From Octopus sinensis (lineage: Eukaryota): a stretch of 64,000 bases of DNA. Below the pieces are notes generated by a model, which saw nothing but the letters and a program-made list of their open reading frames with translations, did not search any database and was not told where the DNA came from. Within the stretch, counting starts at the first letter, position 1. Every line of letters begins with the position of its first letter. Positions 51,374 to 63,189 of this stretch are shown here, one piece after another. A program made the translations under genes and the position numbers. The stretch lies in the NCBI RefSeq assembly GCF_006345805.1, contig NC_042998.1:132866001-132930000 (forward strand), in the 5' to 3' direction.

Positions 51374-51848
51374 GTATGTATGTATATGTATGTATGTATG
51401 TATGTTTGTATGTATGTATATGCAGACACTATTCAACATTCATTCATACGCTATACAGTCTTAAAATAAACTAGAATCACGGAAGGCGCATCAAAACAAG
51501 TCTTTATTCAAAAGCCAAAAATTGTTTAATGTGTTAGTTCCTCATAAAAATATATGCTTGCAGCGTACATATTTTCTCTATGACAGACAACTGTTTATCA
51601 TGAGACCCGATACTTAATATATTTGTTTGGTTTATAACTTTAACAGTACGGTATCTTGCGGTGTGGTGTGGCGTGAGCTAGTGTAGTATGGTGTGCTGTG
51701 ATCAAGCGATAATAGCAACAAAAAGTGGTTAGTTAATTAACAACCTATTCATCTCTTTATACTACTGCATCATACAGTTTAGACTTTTAGTGCGTTACTG
51801 AATTTTTGTGTGCCTGCATTATCTCCACAACCACAATTAAGTACATCT

Positions 51849-51913
51849 CATGGATAGCCCCGTGGGTAGCCCCGTGAGTAATCTCGTGGGTAACCCCGTG
51901 GGTAACCCCGTGA
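51849..51913. repeat. 12-bp GC-rich minisatellite (CGTGGGTAACCC) x about 5
   Basis: catggatagccc cgtgggtagccc cgtgagtaatct cgtgggtaaccc cgtgggtaaccc cgtga. Confidence 0.9.
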
Positions 51914-51993
51914 TTTTCTGGAGACTTTGTTATCAGCATGTTTATGCAGATCCCATACGACCCGGTGTTGTTGAACGTTGTCACTGCACTTAC

Positions 51994-52070
51994 CAACAGC
52001 CTGTAATGAGCGGCTGATGTAACGGCAAACCCAGAGTCAACGCTACCACCAAAGACCTTACCACTGTCAT
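51994..52070 (-). CDS. Tentative first coding exon with a signal-peptide-like sequence
   Basis: ATG at 52070 gives MTVVRSLVVALTLGLPLHQPLITGC, then a perfect donor TG|GTAAGT. Unique sequence; no homology recognised. Confidence 0.25.
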
Positions 52071-53281
52071 TCAATTACCCACATAGCAACACCTATGAGG
52101 TAATGTGTGATGTACCAAGTTCACATATTTTCTTATTTTCGCCTTCAGTTGTAAAGACCAGGCACATATTTGCATACGCCCAGATATAGAGGGTGTATAT
52201 ATCGTGCCACATATTGACTTTCTATAACTACCCTTTCAATTGTGTATGGACGCTTACTTCCCCTTTTGAGAAGCAATGGTAAATCACTCTTCTCTTGCAC
52301 TTTCTTGCACAAGCTTCAGTGAAATGTTGCCCTTTTCATTTGTATTTTTGGAACCTAACCATGTTCAGATTTACGTCCTAGCTCACAATATTTGCAAACT
52401 GCAAGTTTCTGTTGTCGCTTTTGTTTTCCAACGTTTACATTTTCACCACTTGTGCTTGTTAAAGTGTGATTGTCTTCGTTTAAAAGGGATTATCTTTGCA
52501 GTTGCCAGATGTCAGTTGATTTTTTTTTTTTGAGAATCAGATTTATCAGTTTAACAATTTTCAAAACGCACTGCAAAATTTTTGTCTTGTTTTCTTTGCT
52601 ACACGTTTGTGGCAAGCAGCTCTTTTTGCATATCAAGAAAAAGGTGTATTAAGTTCTGAATAAACAATGTATTTAAAAATATAAAATAAATATATCCAAG
52701 AAAAAAAAGAAAAAAGCTTTGAGTTCCCACTCCAAGGCGGAAGCTCAAATGTCAAACGCCCTTTGGCAAAAAGAAAAAAAAAAACATCCCTGCCAAATTC
52801 AATTCTTCGTCGGAGCTGTTTATATTGCAAATATCAATAGCCACGACCACGACGATGATGATAGAAAAAGTAGTAAATCGATTATATGTACAAGAATAAG
52901 ATCTTTTACAAATTCGTTTAGATTTCGAACAGTGAAAAAGGTAGCATAAAAAACGAGCATGCCAATGGTATTGAGGCCAGCTACGGTATGCCTTAACAAG
53001 TTTGGAGTGTTGATAAAGAAGAAACTTCATATATGTGTGTATGTATATGAGTGTGCGTCTGTATGTATGTATGTATAATTTCTACTAATTGAACAGGAAA
53101 CCAGAAATCACTTATATACTTATATGTGGAGCATTCTTTAATATATTTTAATTGAAATGCTCATAAAGTCGCCTGAATAGAGGAAGAAACAAAATATATT
53201 CGTGGTGCAGGAACAGGCCATGACTACGAGATATATTGAAACGATTATATCGACCCCAGTTCTTGATATGTGTGTGTGTGA

Positions 53282-53625
53282 AGGTGCATGACTCAGTGGT
53301 TAGAGCGTCGGACTTACAACCATGAGGTAGCGAGTTCGATTCCCTGACTGGGCTGTATGTTGTATTCTTGAATAAAACACTTTATTTCACGCTGCTCCAA
53401 TTCTCTCATCTGTACAAATGAGTTGCGATAACACTGGTGCCAAGCTGTATCGGCCTTTGTCTTTCCTTTGGATAAATAACATCAGTGGTGTGGTGAGAGG
53501 AGGCTGGTATACATGGGCAACTGCAGGTCCTCAATAAACAACATTTTCTGGACTTGTGCTTTGGAGGGAAACTTTCTAGGTGCAATCTCATAGTCAATCA
53601 TGGCCGAAATGGGTCTTTACCCTTT
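53282..53625 (+). mobile_element. tRNA-derived CORE-type SINE, family C, near full length
   Basis: ggtgcatgactcagtggttagagcg A box, gagttcgattccc B box, gttgtattcttgaataaaacactttatttcacg CORE-like segment. Confidence 0.85.
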
Positions 53626-53629
53626 TACC

Positions 53630-53680
<51 letters not shown>

Positions 53681-53708
53681 TATGTGTGTGTGTGTGTGTA
53701 TACATATA

Positions 53709-53732
<24 letters not shown>

Positions 53733-53747
<15 letters not shown>

Positions 53748-54408
53748 GGAGGTGGAAATGGCACAGAAGTAAGTCTAAGGCATTTCAATTTAAGAGGGAA
53801 TTTAATAAAAGTGATTATAAAAAATTATATAAAGAAAATATAACCGGTTTCAATGAATCTCATCTTATCAAATATCAGCAAAAATTTATAACATTTGAGG
53901 TAAAAAACAGTTTATCTTCTGTCTGGGGTCAAGAACATTCATTTTTTTTTCATTTTCATCTAGTTTCAGCTCACAAGCTGTGGCCATGCTGGGGCACCGC
54001 CATTCGGTGTTGCTACATGATTTTACTTCACGAATGCTTCTTACCAATTGACATTTGGTGCATGAGAGAGTTTGATGCAGCTGCCCTCATCTGCACCTCC
54101 TGCCGTGAAGTTTGTTCATCTGGGACACCTGACAGGAAGAGGTCCAGCTTTATTTTGAAGACATCTGCATCCACCCCATGCAGGTCTCTCAGGTCCTTCG
54201 GGAGGATATTGAAGAGCTGTGGACCTCTGAAGCCCAGGCTATCGCAGTATCTTGTCCAACATCTTGATGGCAAATTTGGAGTCCTTGGCACTATGCAGTG
54301 GCGCCCAGTTCATCGAAGCTTAAAAATCATTTTTATTAAATTCCTTCTTCAATTGTAATGTTTTAAACTTAACTTCTGTACTATATCCACCTCCATCTTT
54401 TATATATA
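53733..54408. repeat. Inverted repeat (about 90-nt arms) enclosing a LINE 3' fragment
   Basis: 53733-53822 is reverse complementary to 54321-54408 (about 80-85% by eye). Both outer ends are TA runs. Confidence 0.85.
53942..54312 (-). mobile_element. 3' end of a CR1-group LINE
   Basis: ORF 54028-54291: SLGFRGPQLFNILPKDLRDLHGVDADVFKIKLDLFLSGVPDEQTSRQEVQMRAAASNSLMHQ. The 3' UTR ggcggtgccccagcatggccacagc...gctgaaactaga precedes an A-rich tail. Confidence 0.85.
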
Positions 54409-56299
54409 AAAATTTGATTTGTATAGATCTCTAATCTTTTTTCAACTATTATATATATATATATATATATATAGAAAATCCCCCCCCCCAAAAAAACCAA
54501 TTACAAACACATGAAAAAAACAACAACGCGAAGACATGGTACATGCAAAGTATTAGCAGACGCTCAGGGAAGGAAAGAAAGGTAGTTTTTACGTCCCGAG
54601 CAAAGGTCTTCGTCAGAGACGGAGGAAAGTCCAAGAGAAAAGGAAGACGGAGAAAAAAAAAGCCGCCAACGATTCACATTTGGTTACATTTATATATAAT
54701 AAGAAGAAATGCCAAAACGAATTTCTGTGTGTTAGTGTGCCACACTTTGACCCACAATGACATTTCTACTATTCCTCCGGCTGGGGTGAAAGTAATAGAG
54801 ACGGTGAGGGCGGTAGTAGATTGACGGTTGCGATGGTAATGGAGTGATAGTAGTAGTATGAACTGTAGTAATGATAGAGACGGAGGCGACGGTGATGATG
54901 ATGGTGGTGGTGGTGGTGGTGGCCAAGACGGTCAGGGATGACGGTGATAGTAAGTGATGTGAAAGACAGTGGTGGAGGGAAAGGCGGTGAAGTCAAAAGT
55001 AGGGATGGTGGTGACATCAGAAGTTTGAATGGTGTGTGTATGGCAGTTGTGGTGGCGATGGCGGTGGCACTAGTGATGCTGATAGTTGAAAACAATCAAC
55101 AGAAAGAGAGAGAGAGGGAGAGACAGACAGACAGAAAAAAATTGTACTGACCCCCGAATGGGAAAACACAAAGTGTTGTTGATCATGCAGGTTTGCAATA
55201 AGTTCTAAGTCGACAAATTATATCATTGTTTTGATGAAAATTGTTCATTGCTTGAAAAATATTGTTGAAGTTTAATAAAATCTAATATGTACTCAATGCA
55301 TGAAGTGTCATTGTCAAGCCCAACGCCCACTGAAGAGCCCTCCGCAGGAGCTGGCTCAAAAACCGCCCTATAGGGAAGCTAGTAAGCTAGTATATATATA
55401 TATATATATATATATAGGCACATGTGTGTGTGTGGGGGGGGGCACGCGCGTGTGTAAGTATGTATATATATATATATATATACAGAATATCAAATACCAT
55501 ACAACATAAATTCTTAATTTACTAAAATTATCTTCTGTTCTAGAGGATTTGTCATAATTACACTATGGTAATTAAGACAAGCACCATTTGAAAAGGGGAG
55601 ATAATCTGATGAATCAACATTTCTCCAAGGCTAGTATCCCATTGAGAAAAAATCGCCGGTTTATTGCCTGGCGACAAATGCATGCCACTGGCCACACTGA
55701 CTTATTTCTCTAGGCCCATTTTTGTTTAAATCATGCAAATTTCCAAGACCACAAATATGTTCAACTCCGTTTATGTCTCAGTCCCTTGGCTGCTGGAAAT
55801 AGGTGAGGATGACTGTTATTGCGATGATTTCTATTGAGGTAGAAACGCGAGCGACTGTTCTCTACCCCCAGACAATAAAGTAATTTTTTTCCTTATTAGT
55901 ATGTCAAATTCGGAGAATTCTTAATTCCCCGTTTCATATAGAGCAGCAGTTCATAACTGCCACTTTGTTATTCATGATACATTCTCTAGAGGCAGAGAAA
56001 ATTTTTATTAAATGAATTTATGTTGCATGGTATTTGATATAAATCTTCTCGCATTGGCATCACCAACTTAGCAATTCAACTTCTTTTGCATTTAGTTATA
56101 TTCCCACCAACCCGGCATGATGTTACAAAAGAACTTATACACACGCATGCACAGACAATTCCATTATACAAAGGCACACACACACACAAAAAAAAAAAAC
56201 AGGTCGGCGCATCATGTGTCATACCGGAAACTTAATTCTCACTCATTCTAGCTTATTGATTTTATGTAAGCGTTTTCATTGTTTTTTGTTTTTAGATTT

Positions 56300-56960
56300 T
56301 TGTTTTTAGTTTTCGCTTTTGTTTTAACCTCTTGTGCAATTCCCCTTGTTATAATATTTGGTTTTCAAAAATCCCTGGTTATTTGATGGGATTAAGACGG
56401 CTATGTTTTGTCTTGCCACATACAATGACTTGTCAGTCCCTACTCCTCCTTCCACCATCATCGCAAGATGTCGGACATTGTCAACACAAGCTTTATTAAT
56501 AATCCTCTCTGTCCTACACACCCTTCTAACGTCTGCTCATTCGTAAATTTTACCTTTCTCCTCACAACCCCTCTACAGCCTCCTGTTGCTGCTTCTACAC
56601 GTATTTCTTTATTGTCCTTACGATATACCTCTCTCCTAATCTTCTCTTACTCTTGTTTTGCCCTCCTCCTCGGTTACCTCTACATATCTAAAAGAATTCG
56701 ATAGATCTTTCAATGTCTTTCGATTCGATTCTTCGCTCTTCCTCTTCTCACTCTATTCTGTTTTCTTTTATCTCTTTATCTCTTATTTATTGTATTTAAT
56801 TCTATTCTTATTGTCTTCTCATCTCCCTATCTCTCACTTACCCCACTCTCTCTCTCTTCGCCTCTCTTCTTTGTCTTTTCTACTTGCCTCTTTTGTCCTA
56901 ATCGTCTCTTACTTTTTGTTCCCTATGTGCACTTCCTGTTCCATTTTCGCTTTGTTCTCT
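56300..56960 (+). mobile_element. Degenerate Penelope-like 3' fragment
   Basis: Broken frames resembling the GIY-YIG C-terminus (acaatgacttgtcagtccctactc ~ NDLSVPT), followed by a C/T-rich tract like 31000-31600. Confidence 0.4.
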
Positions 56961-57413
56961 GGGGGTGTGTGGTGTGTGTTTGTATGTATGCACATGTATG
57001 TGTACGTATGTATGTATTTATATATCTATATCTATATCTCTCTCTGTATATATAGATACATACATACATACATATATACATGCATGCATACATATGAAAC
57101 AGCTGATTGCATCACGCTGGTGTGAAATGCAACCAAACGTAAGAAGGTACTGCTAGGTCGAGTGGAACAATTTTTGTGTAAAGCTAAGTCTGTGAGAATC
57201 GTTACTCAGAGTTTCATTTTGATTCTCCTAGAGTCAATATATAGACCAACACATCCTTACTGTTAGTTTCATGATATACTTAACAATCCAAGCAATCTTC
57301 GGACGATGAAATACTGACAAAGTTTCCCAAAGGTATCATGAGTTATTGAGTCCGTTATGAAACTATTAGCAACAGTGTACTGGTCTACGTATAGTATGAG
57401 TATGCTAAAATGT

Positions 57414-57660
57414 TTTGGCCTAGTGGTTAGGGCGTTGTACTCGCGATGGAAAGATCGTGGCTTCACTTCGTGAACCGGGTGGTGCGTGGTGTTCTTGAGC
57501 AGACACTTCATCTTACGTTACTGTGCAATCACTTCAACACCTGACGCGTGGCAACGTCGTTTAGATGAAGAGAGTAAACTAATGTGTTGCACAAAACATT
57601 TGATCACTGCAAGGAAGTCATTGTGCAGGTTGTTCAGCAAGAAATTCCAGAACCGTCTTT
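57414..57660 (+). mobile_element. CORE-type tRNA-derived SINE (family C relative)
   Basis: tggcctagtggttagggcgttg A box and ggtgttcttgagcagacacttcatcttacgtt CORE-like segment. Confidence 0.75.
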
Positions 57661-57736
57661 GTCGGACTACAAGAGACTGCCATCACACACACACACAAAC
57701 ACACACACAACACACACACATACACACACACACACG

Positions 57737-57767
<31 letters not shown>

Positions 57768-57769
57768 TA

Positions 57770-57965
57770 CACGTTTTCAAGTAACAGCTTCACCTCTTGC
57801 TATTCAATGTCCCAGATGAATGTATATGAAAAGTGTGCAGCAGAGTCGAAATCCCTGCTTCACCAAAAGCCAATTACATGACATTCGCCATTGAAACGAC
57901 GATGACACTGTCGCTGCTCCGGCATGGCCACAGCCTTAGGGTTGAAACATAAAAGAATAAAAGAA
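57770..57965 (+). mobile_element. 3' end of a CR1-group LINE (relative of 53942-54312)
   Basis: NVPDE...CAAESKSLLHQ parallels VPDE...AAASNSLMHQ. Tail gctccggcatggccacagccttagggttgaaacataaaagaataaaagaa. Confidence 0.7.
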
Positions 57966-58382
57966 TATATGTATGCATGTATGTATGTATGTATGTATGT
58001 ATGTATGTATGTATGTATGTATGTATGTATGTATGCATGCATGTATGTAAAATGATTTTGCTTTGACAAAGCGATATTAAGAAGTTTCTGTTAGAACTCA
58101 ATATAAATATGCTTCAGAATAAAGAGTTAGATGAGTACAGAGCGTAAAATGAAATTAATAGAATGACAAAGGAACATGAATTACGTAGTCAACTTCATTG
58201 TCACGTAATTCATTATCACTTACTTCCTGTTCCCTTGTCATACCGTTAATTTTGTATTGAAAAATAGGATAAAATCTTAATAAGAATTTATCAAGTAGTT
58301 AGCCTGAAAAAACCTCATGAGGGAAATATTCATCAATTTATTCCTCTTAATTATATCTACTTATATATAAGTTAATATATAC

Positions 58383-58810
58383 GGCGCAGGAGTGGCTGTG
58401 TGGTAAGTAGCATGCTTACCAACCACATGGTTCCGGGTTCAGTCCCACTGCGTGGCACCTTGGGCGAGTGTCCTCTACTATAGCCTCGGGCCGACCAAAG
58501 CCTTGTGAGTGGATTTGGTAGACGGAAACTGAAAAGAAGCCCGTCGTATATATGTATATATATATATATATGCATGTGTGTGTTTGTGTGTCTGTGTTTG
58601 TCCCCCTCGCGTTGCTTGACAACCGATGCTTGACAACCGATATTGTTTATGTCCCCGTTACTTAGCGGTTCGGCAAAAGAGACCGATAGAATAAGTACTG
58701 GGCTTACAAAAGAATACGTCCAGGGGTTGAGTTGCTCGATTAAATGCGGTGCTCCAGCATGGCCGCAGTCAAATGACTGAAACAAGTAAAAGAGTAAAAG
58801 AGTAAAAGAG
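58383..58810 (+). mobile_element. Full-length young SINE, family A
   Basis: Same structure as 16534-17048, ending in (TAAAAGAG)3. Confidence 0.95.
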
Positions 58811-58859
58811 TTATATATAACTTAATATAAGTTAATTTTGTATGTATATATATACAAAA

Positions 58860-59887
58860 CATGGGGGTTTAGTTCACAGGTGATCTAAACGACTAGGTAC
58901 GCCGGGTAAGTGGTTTAACGGAATACCAGGGCTCCAAGGTTATGGCCGAGATGTGAGTTATGGAACCATTGTAGATTTCCGATACAGCGGATATATATAA
59001 TTGTTAAAGAGGGCAATAAAAGTTAAGGCAATACAAGCATCTCAAGTCCTCTACGTTTGCCTTAACGTTTGTTGTCCTTTTTAACAATTATATATAGAAG
59101 AGAGCAAATCAAGAGAATTATGGCAGCAGAAACAATTGTTCCTCGATAAATATTACCAATTACGGTAAATCTATGAAACCCAGAGAGATATCAGTAAAAG
59201 AGAACAATCTCACCAACGTAACAAAAGCCAGAATATGAGGCAACATGAACGCTCATTCCACCATGAGTTAAAAAGGAACAACGGTAAGAACCCTTCCATT
59301 TTTCTACGCAATCACTCTAATGAACACAATATAAACAAAAAACATAAGATAAATATTATTTTGATCAGGTTATTAGAAGTAAAAATAATAGATCATTTTC
59401 AACACATAAACAAAGACTATCTACAAAAGTGGGCAAAAAACCGCTCTTGAACCGAAACAAACCTAGATCATTCTCTCAGATCATTAAAATTAATACTAAC
59501 AATAAATTGAAAAATAAGAGGTATAATTCCCAAAATAGGACAGAAAACATAACAAAGCCAGGTAAAATAACACAACCAAAACACAAACTTCAAGTTAACA
59601 CACAACAAAAATAGATATCACAAAAAGAAAAAAAATCCATTTTTTTTAACGTCAGGACAACAAACACCGGAGAAAGAAACATTCCATGAGGAAGCATACT
59701 CAGAACAACTAGACATATAGATTCTAAAATAATTAATCTTGACAAGGATGAAATCCAACTCCTGTTAAAATGCCTGAAATTTACACCTACACCAACAGTC
59801 AACCACCATGAACTAAAGGAAGAAATCCAAAAATTCTGTCGTAAGTTGCGACTTGTGGAATTCTTCACTAATAATAATAATAATAAC

Positions 59888-59926
<39 letters not shown>

Positions 59927-60060
59927 ACCGAAGAATCCTTAGTAAGGAATAAATCAAATTTCACTCACCAAAAGGCAATAAATATATTGGCCGATATATT
60001 GATATCCTATCAAACTTTTCCCTAGAACACAATACTAAGGTTAGGCCTAACATTAACAAA
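58860..60060 (+). mobile_element. Penelope-like element 5' region, decayed
   Basis: NLDKDEIQLLLKCLKFTPTPTVNHHELKEEIQKFCRKLRLVEFF (59736-59868) resembles the pre-RT N-terminal region of Penelope-like ORFs. A palindromic junction lies at 58992-59096. Confidence 0.6.
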
Positions 60061-60877
60061 TCAGAGATATCAGCACTGTGTGTGTGTATATATACATGTA
60101 TGTGTGTGTATATAATATATATATATATATATACATATATCTATATATAATAAATATATGTATATAATATACGTCGGTATGAGTTATAGGTTAAGCAACC
60201 ATCTAAGGGATAATAAATATCCAATGTGCTACTGGATGTATACCTACGTATTTATATCCAAATGCTTACTGTTGTAGGGTAGTAGCGCAATTGAATAATA
60301 GGCATGAGTGGGGGTAAACATGAATTTACCCAGAATTTATAAAGAAGAATTTTATAAAGAAGAATTTATAAGGAAGAAAATGGAGAAGATAATCAGTCAA
60401 CAAACATCAACCTGCAAACCTTCATTTGGATCTATTAATTAATTACAATCATATATATATATATATATATATAAGTAAATAAGTAAATAAACAAGTAAAT
60501 AAAAAATAAATAAATAAAATAATAAATAAATAAATAAAATAATAAATAAATAAATAAATAAATGAATAAGAATAAATGAGTGAATAATACTATACTCTTA
60601 CATCTGTTTCTTCTTTGGGAGTGTCCAACTTGCCAAGGTTTGCACATCATACCAGTATTATAGAGAAATTATTCAAAGGTTGAACAAAAACTGGACATGG
60701 GTTGGACAATAATTGACCCCCCCCCCAAAGCTTCTTCAGAGAGTCCATAATAGTAAGAATCCAACATGTGAAGAAGTAAAGTAAAATAATATAATAAAAT
60801 AATAAAAATAGTATATAATATAAAATATGTATATAATATATAGTAATATGTATATAATATTTAAAAATATGTATATA

Positions 60878-60973
<96 letters not shown>

Positions 60974-61488
60974 TATAGTGTGTCTGTATATAAATATATT
61001 TGTGAGTGTATACGTGTGTGTGTATGTGTGTGTGTATATACAAGTACATTCATATACGTATAATGTATGCATATTTGTGTATGTCTACTTCTCTCTCTCT
61101 CTTTCTGCATATATATATATGTGTGTATGTATGTATGTATGTATGTATGTATGTATGTATGGGGACGGGAACAGTGGGAGAGAAATGCATATGCACAAAT
61201 ATATACTTGTGCTGTCACACACGCACATACACATACAGAAACACATACACATACAGACACACATACAGACACACATACACACAAGCAGATTTATATATTG
61301 TCTTTTCTTAATTCCAGTGCTAAATACAAAACACAAAGCGGGGCTTGTTTCAAAACCTAGCTATGAAGGTCATAGAGTTTATCATAGTTTGATTTCGTAT
61401 CAATTATTCTTTATGTTGTCATTTCAATGTTTCTTTTTTCCTTTGTAGTGAGAGTTATTGTTTTATTTTCTCACACACACACACACAC

Positions 61489-61519
<31 letters not shown>

Positions 61520-62089
61520 TACATACACACACGCACACACGCACGTACGCACACACACACATTTGCACACATGCACAAGACAGTATTATTATTTGATTAT
61601 TGCCCATCTCCATTTACTGTTATTACGTAGATTTGATTTCATGACATAGGTGTATGTGCGGTGGATTAAATGATCCATTCACCGACGCACATATTCGTGT
61701 GTATATAGGTATGTTTATATGCAAGTCTGAGTGTGTGTGTGCGCGTGTGCGCACGCTACTACGTGTGTGCGTGTGTATGTGTATCAGTTTAGTGATCAAA
61801 GTGCAGATTTTAAAGCGAAATGCTTCTGAAGTTACTGAAGTTGTAATAGAAGCATAAGTCTGGGCCTCGTAGCTGTGAAAGAATTCTTTGTCGTTGGCGG
61901 CAGCCCCCAAAATTAATCTATTAAAGCGGACGTATTTGTAGCTTTTTGTTGGCATAAATCAAAACAGAAACCGCATTTTATACTTAGTGGGAAAATAAGC
62001 CTTTCTACTGGATATTCCCTTAGGACATTTTCCAATGATATTAGCGTAACGTTAATATACAAACTCAACCCTCCTGGAACTTTATGTTA

Positions 62090-62400
62090 TGCAGCAGTTC
62101 ACATATACGTTCTCTCCTCATTCTATTGATTCGGTCAGTATTAGGAAAGTGTTTTGTTATTTCAACGGTCTTTGCGTCCCGAACTAACCAGCCGCATAAC
62201 ACCCCGTATCCAGTGCAAAAATCTCCTCCTTAACCGTTCTCTCTTTCACTGTCCACGCTCCAATTAACCCTTTTCCTTAACTCTTCTCTCTCAGAACGTC
62301 ATCCCTCTGGAAATCCCTCCTGTGCCCACGTTTTTTCTACAGGCGTTCACTCCCAGATGTTCAAACTAAACATCAATATAATCAAGTACACCAATTATAG
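62090..62400 (-). mobile_element. Tx1/L1-like LINE C-terminal fragment
   Basis: Minus-strand frame ...RVNWSVDSERERLRRRFLHWIRGVMRL... resembles the ERxxLxxxxFxxxW end of L1/Tx1 ORF2. Otherwise broken. Confidence 0.35.
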
Positions 62401-62894
62401 AGAGCATACGAATACCGTGGTCAGTTATCTTTCTTCTGTACTAAACAATGGAAGCGAAAATGTAAATTTTGTGTTCTTTTTACTTTTTTACCAGACATAT
62501 AGTGGAAAAAGCGGAAAATGGGAGTATTTATTTGTGACATTTTGCCACTTTTCAAAATCATTAACTTTCGTAGGTAAAAGGGCTGGGACCAGAAATTGGT
62601 TGTATCCCATCAATGGCACCGAATGTGCTATAATTGGAATTGTTGAATAAGAATAGTGAGACAATTTAATATAAAAATCAGAAATATTAATTTCTAAATA
62701 TCTCATAGAGATATGTATGGTGGTGGAGCGATATAGTGGTTGTATACTGTCAACTTAACGTGACAGTAAGGGAAATACATCACCGCTGTTTAGCCCTAGG
62801 AAGCATCGACGCTTCTTGTCGGCCTTGACACATTTCCTGTGTCCTTATATATTTACGAAGGGGAGACAAATACCCCCAACAGCTAGGCCTGCAA

Positions 62895-62939
62895 CTAGAG
62901 ACACGCATGTTTCAGGGTCTTTGCCCATCATCAGTCTAG
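62895..62939 (-). ncRNA. Type I hammerhead ribozyme, near-intact
   Basis: Minus strand: CTAGA-CTGATGA-tGGG(caaaga)CCCt-GAA-ACATGCGTGT-C-TCTAG. Perfect 5-bp stem I, all conserved core nucleotides, GUC triplet, near-palindromic stem III. Confidence 0.8.
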
Positions 62940-63189
62940 AGTAGCAGAGGCCTGCTAGCTGAAGATAAAAAATCCAATATAATATAAAAATCCAATGCAC
63001 AAACAATCGGCAAACACAAACTCTCTCAACTGACCATGTCTATCAGCTGTGGAACAGAATAGTACAAACACATAAATGCTAGGTAGATGTGAATTTTTGC
63101 TTTTACATAAATCTCTGACTTAGATGAAAGTCAGCTTTGAAGACACCAGAATGCATCACGTGCACGATTGAAACAGACTTAAATCTTAT

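Noticed and set aside
53282-53360. tRNA-like heads (A and B boxes) here and in other SINE copies as tRNA genes
   Set aside because: No complete cloverleaf or acceptor stem; each continues into a SINE body.
55580-55593. 14-nt match to miR-29 (agcaccatttgaaa)
   Set aside because: The first base and 3' end differ from the mature miRNA and there is no complementary 5' arm to form a precursor.
55714-55802. Plus-strand exon-like segment with good splice sites (AHFCLNHANFQDHKYVQLRLCLSPLAAGN)
   Set aside because: Isolated, no recognisable homology and no convincing partner exons on that strand; cannot be supported without RNA data.
62492-62627. Minus-strand exon candidate (HSVPLMGYNQFLVPALLP...) and an alternative frame with FGAIDG, like a Harbinger DDE motif
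   Set aside because: It sits between LINE and SINE debris, the FGAIDG frame closes after 21 codons, and neither frame has supporting context.
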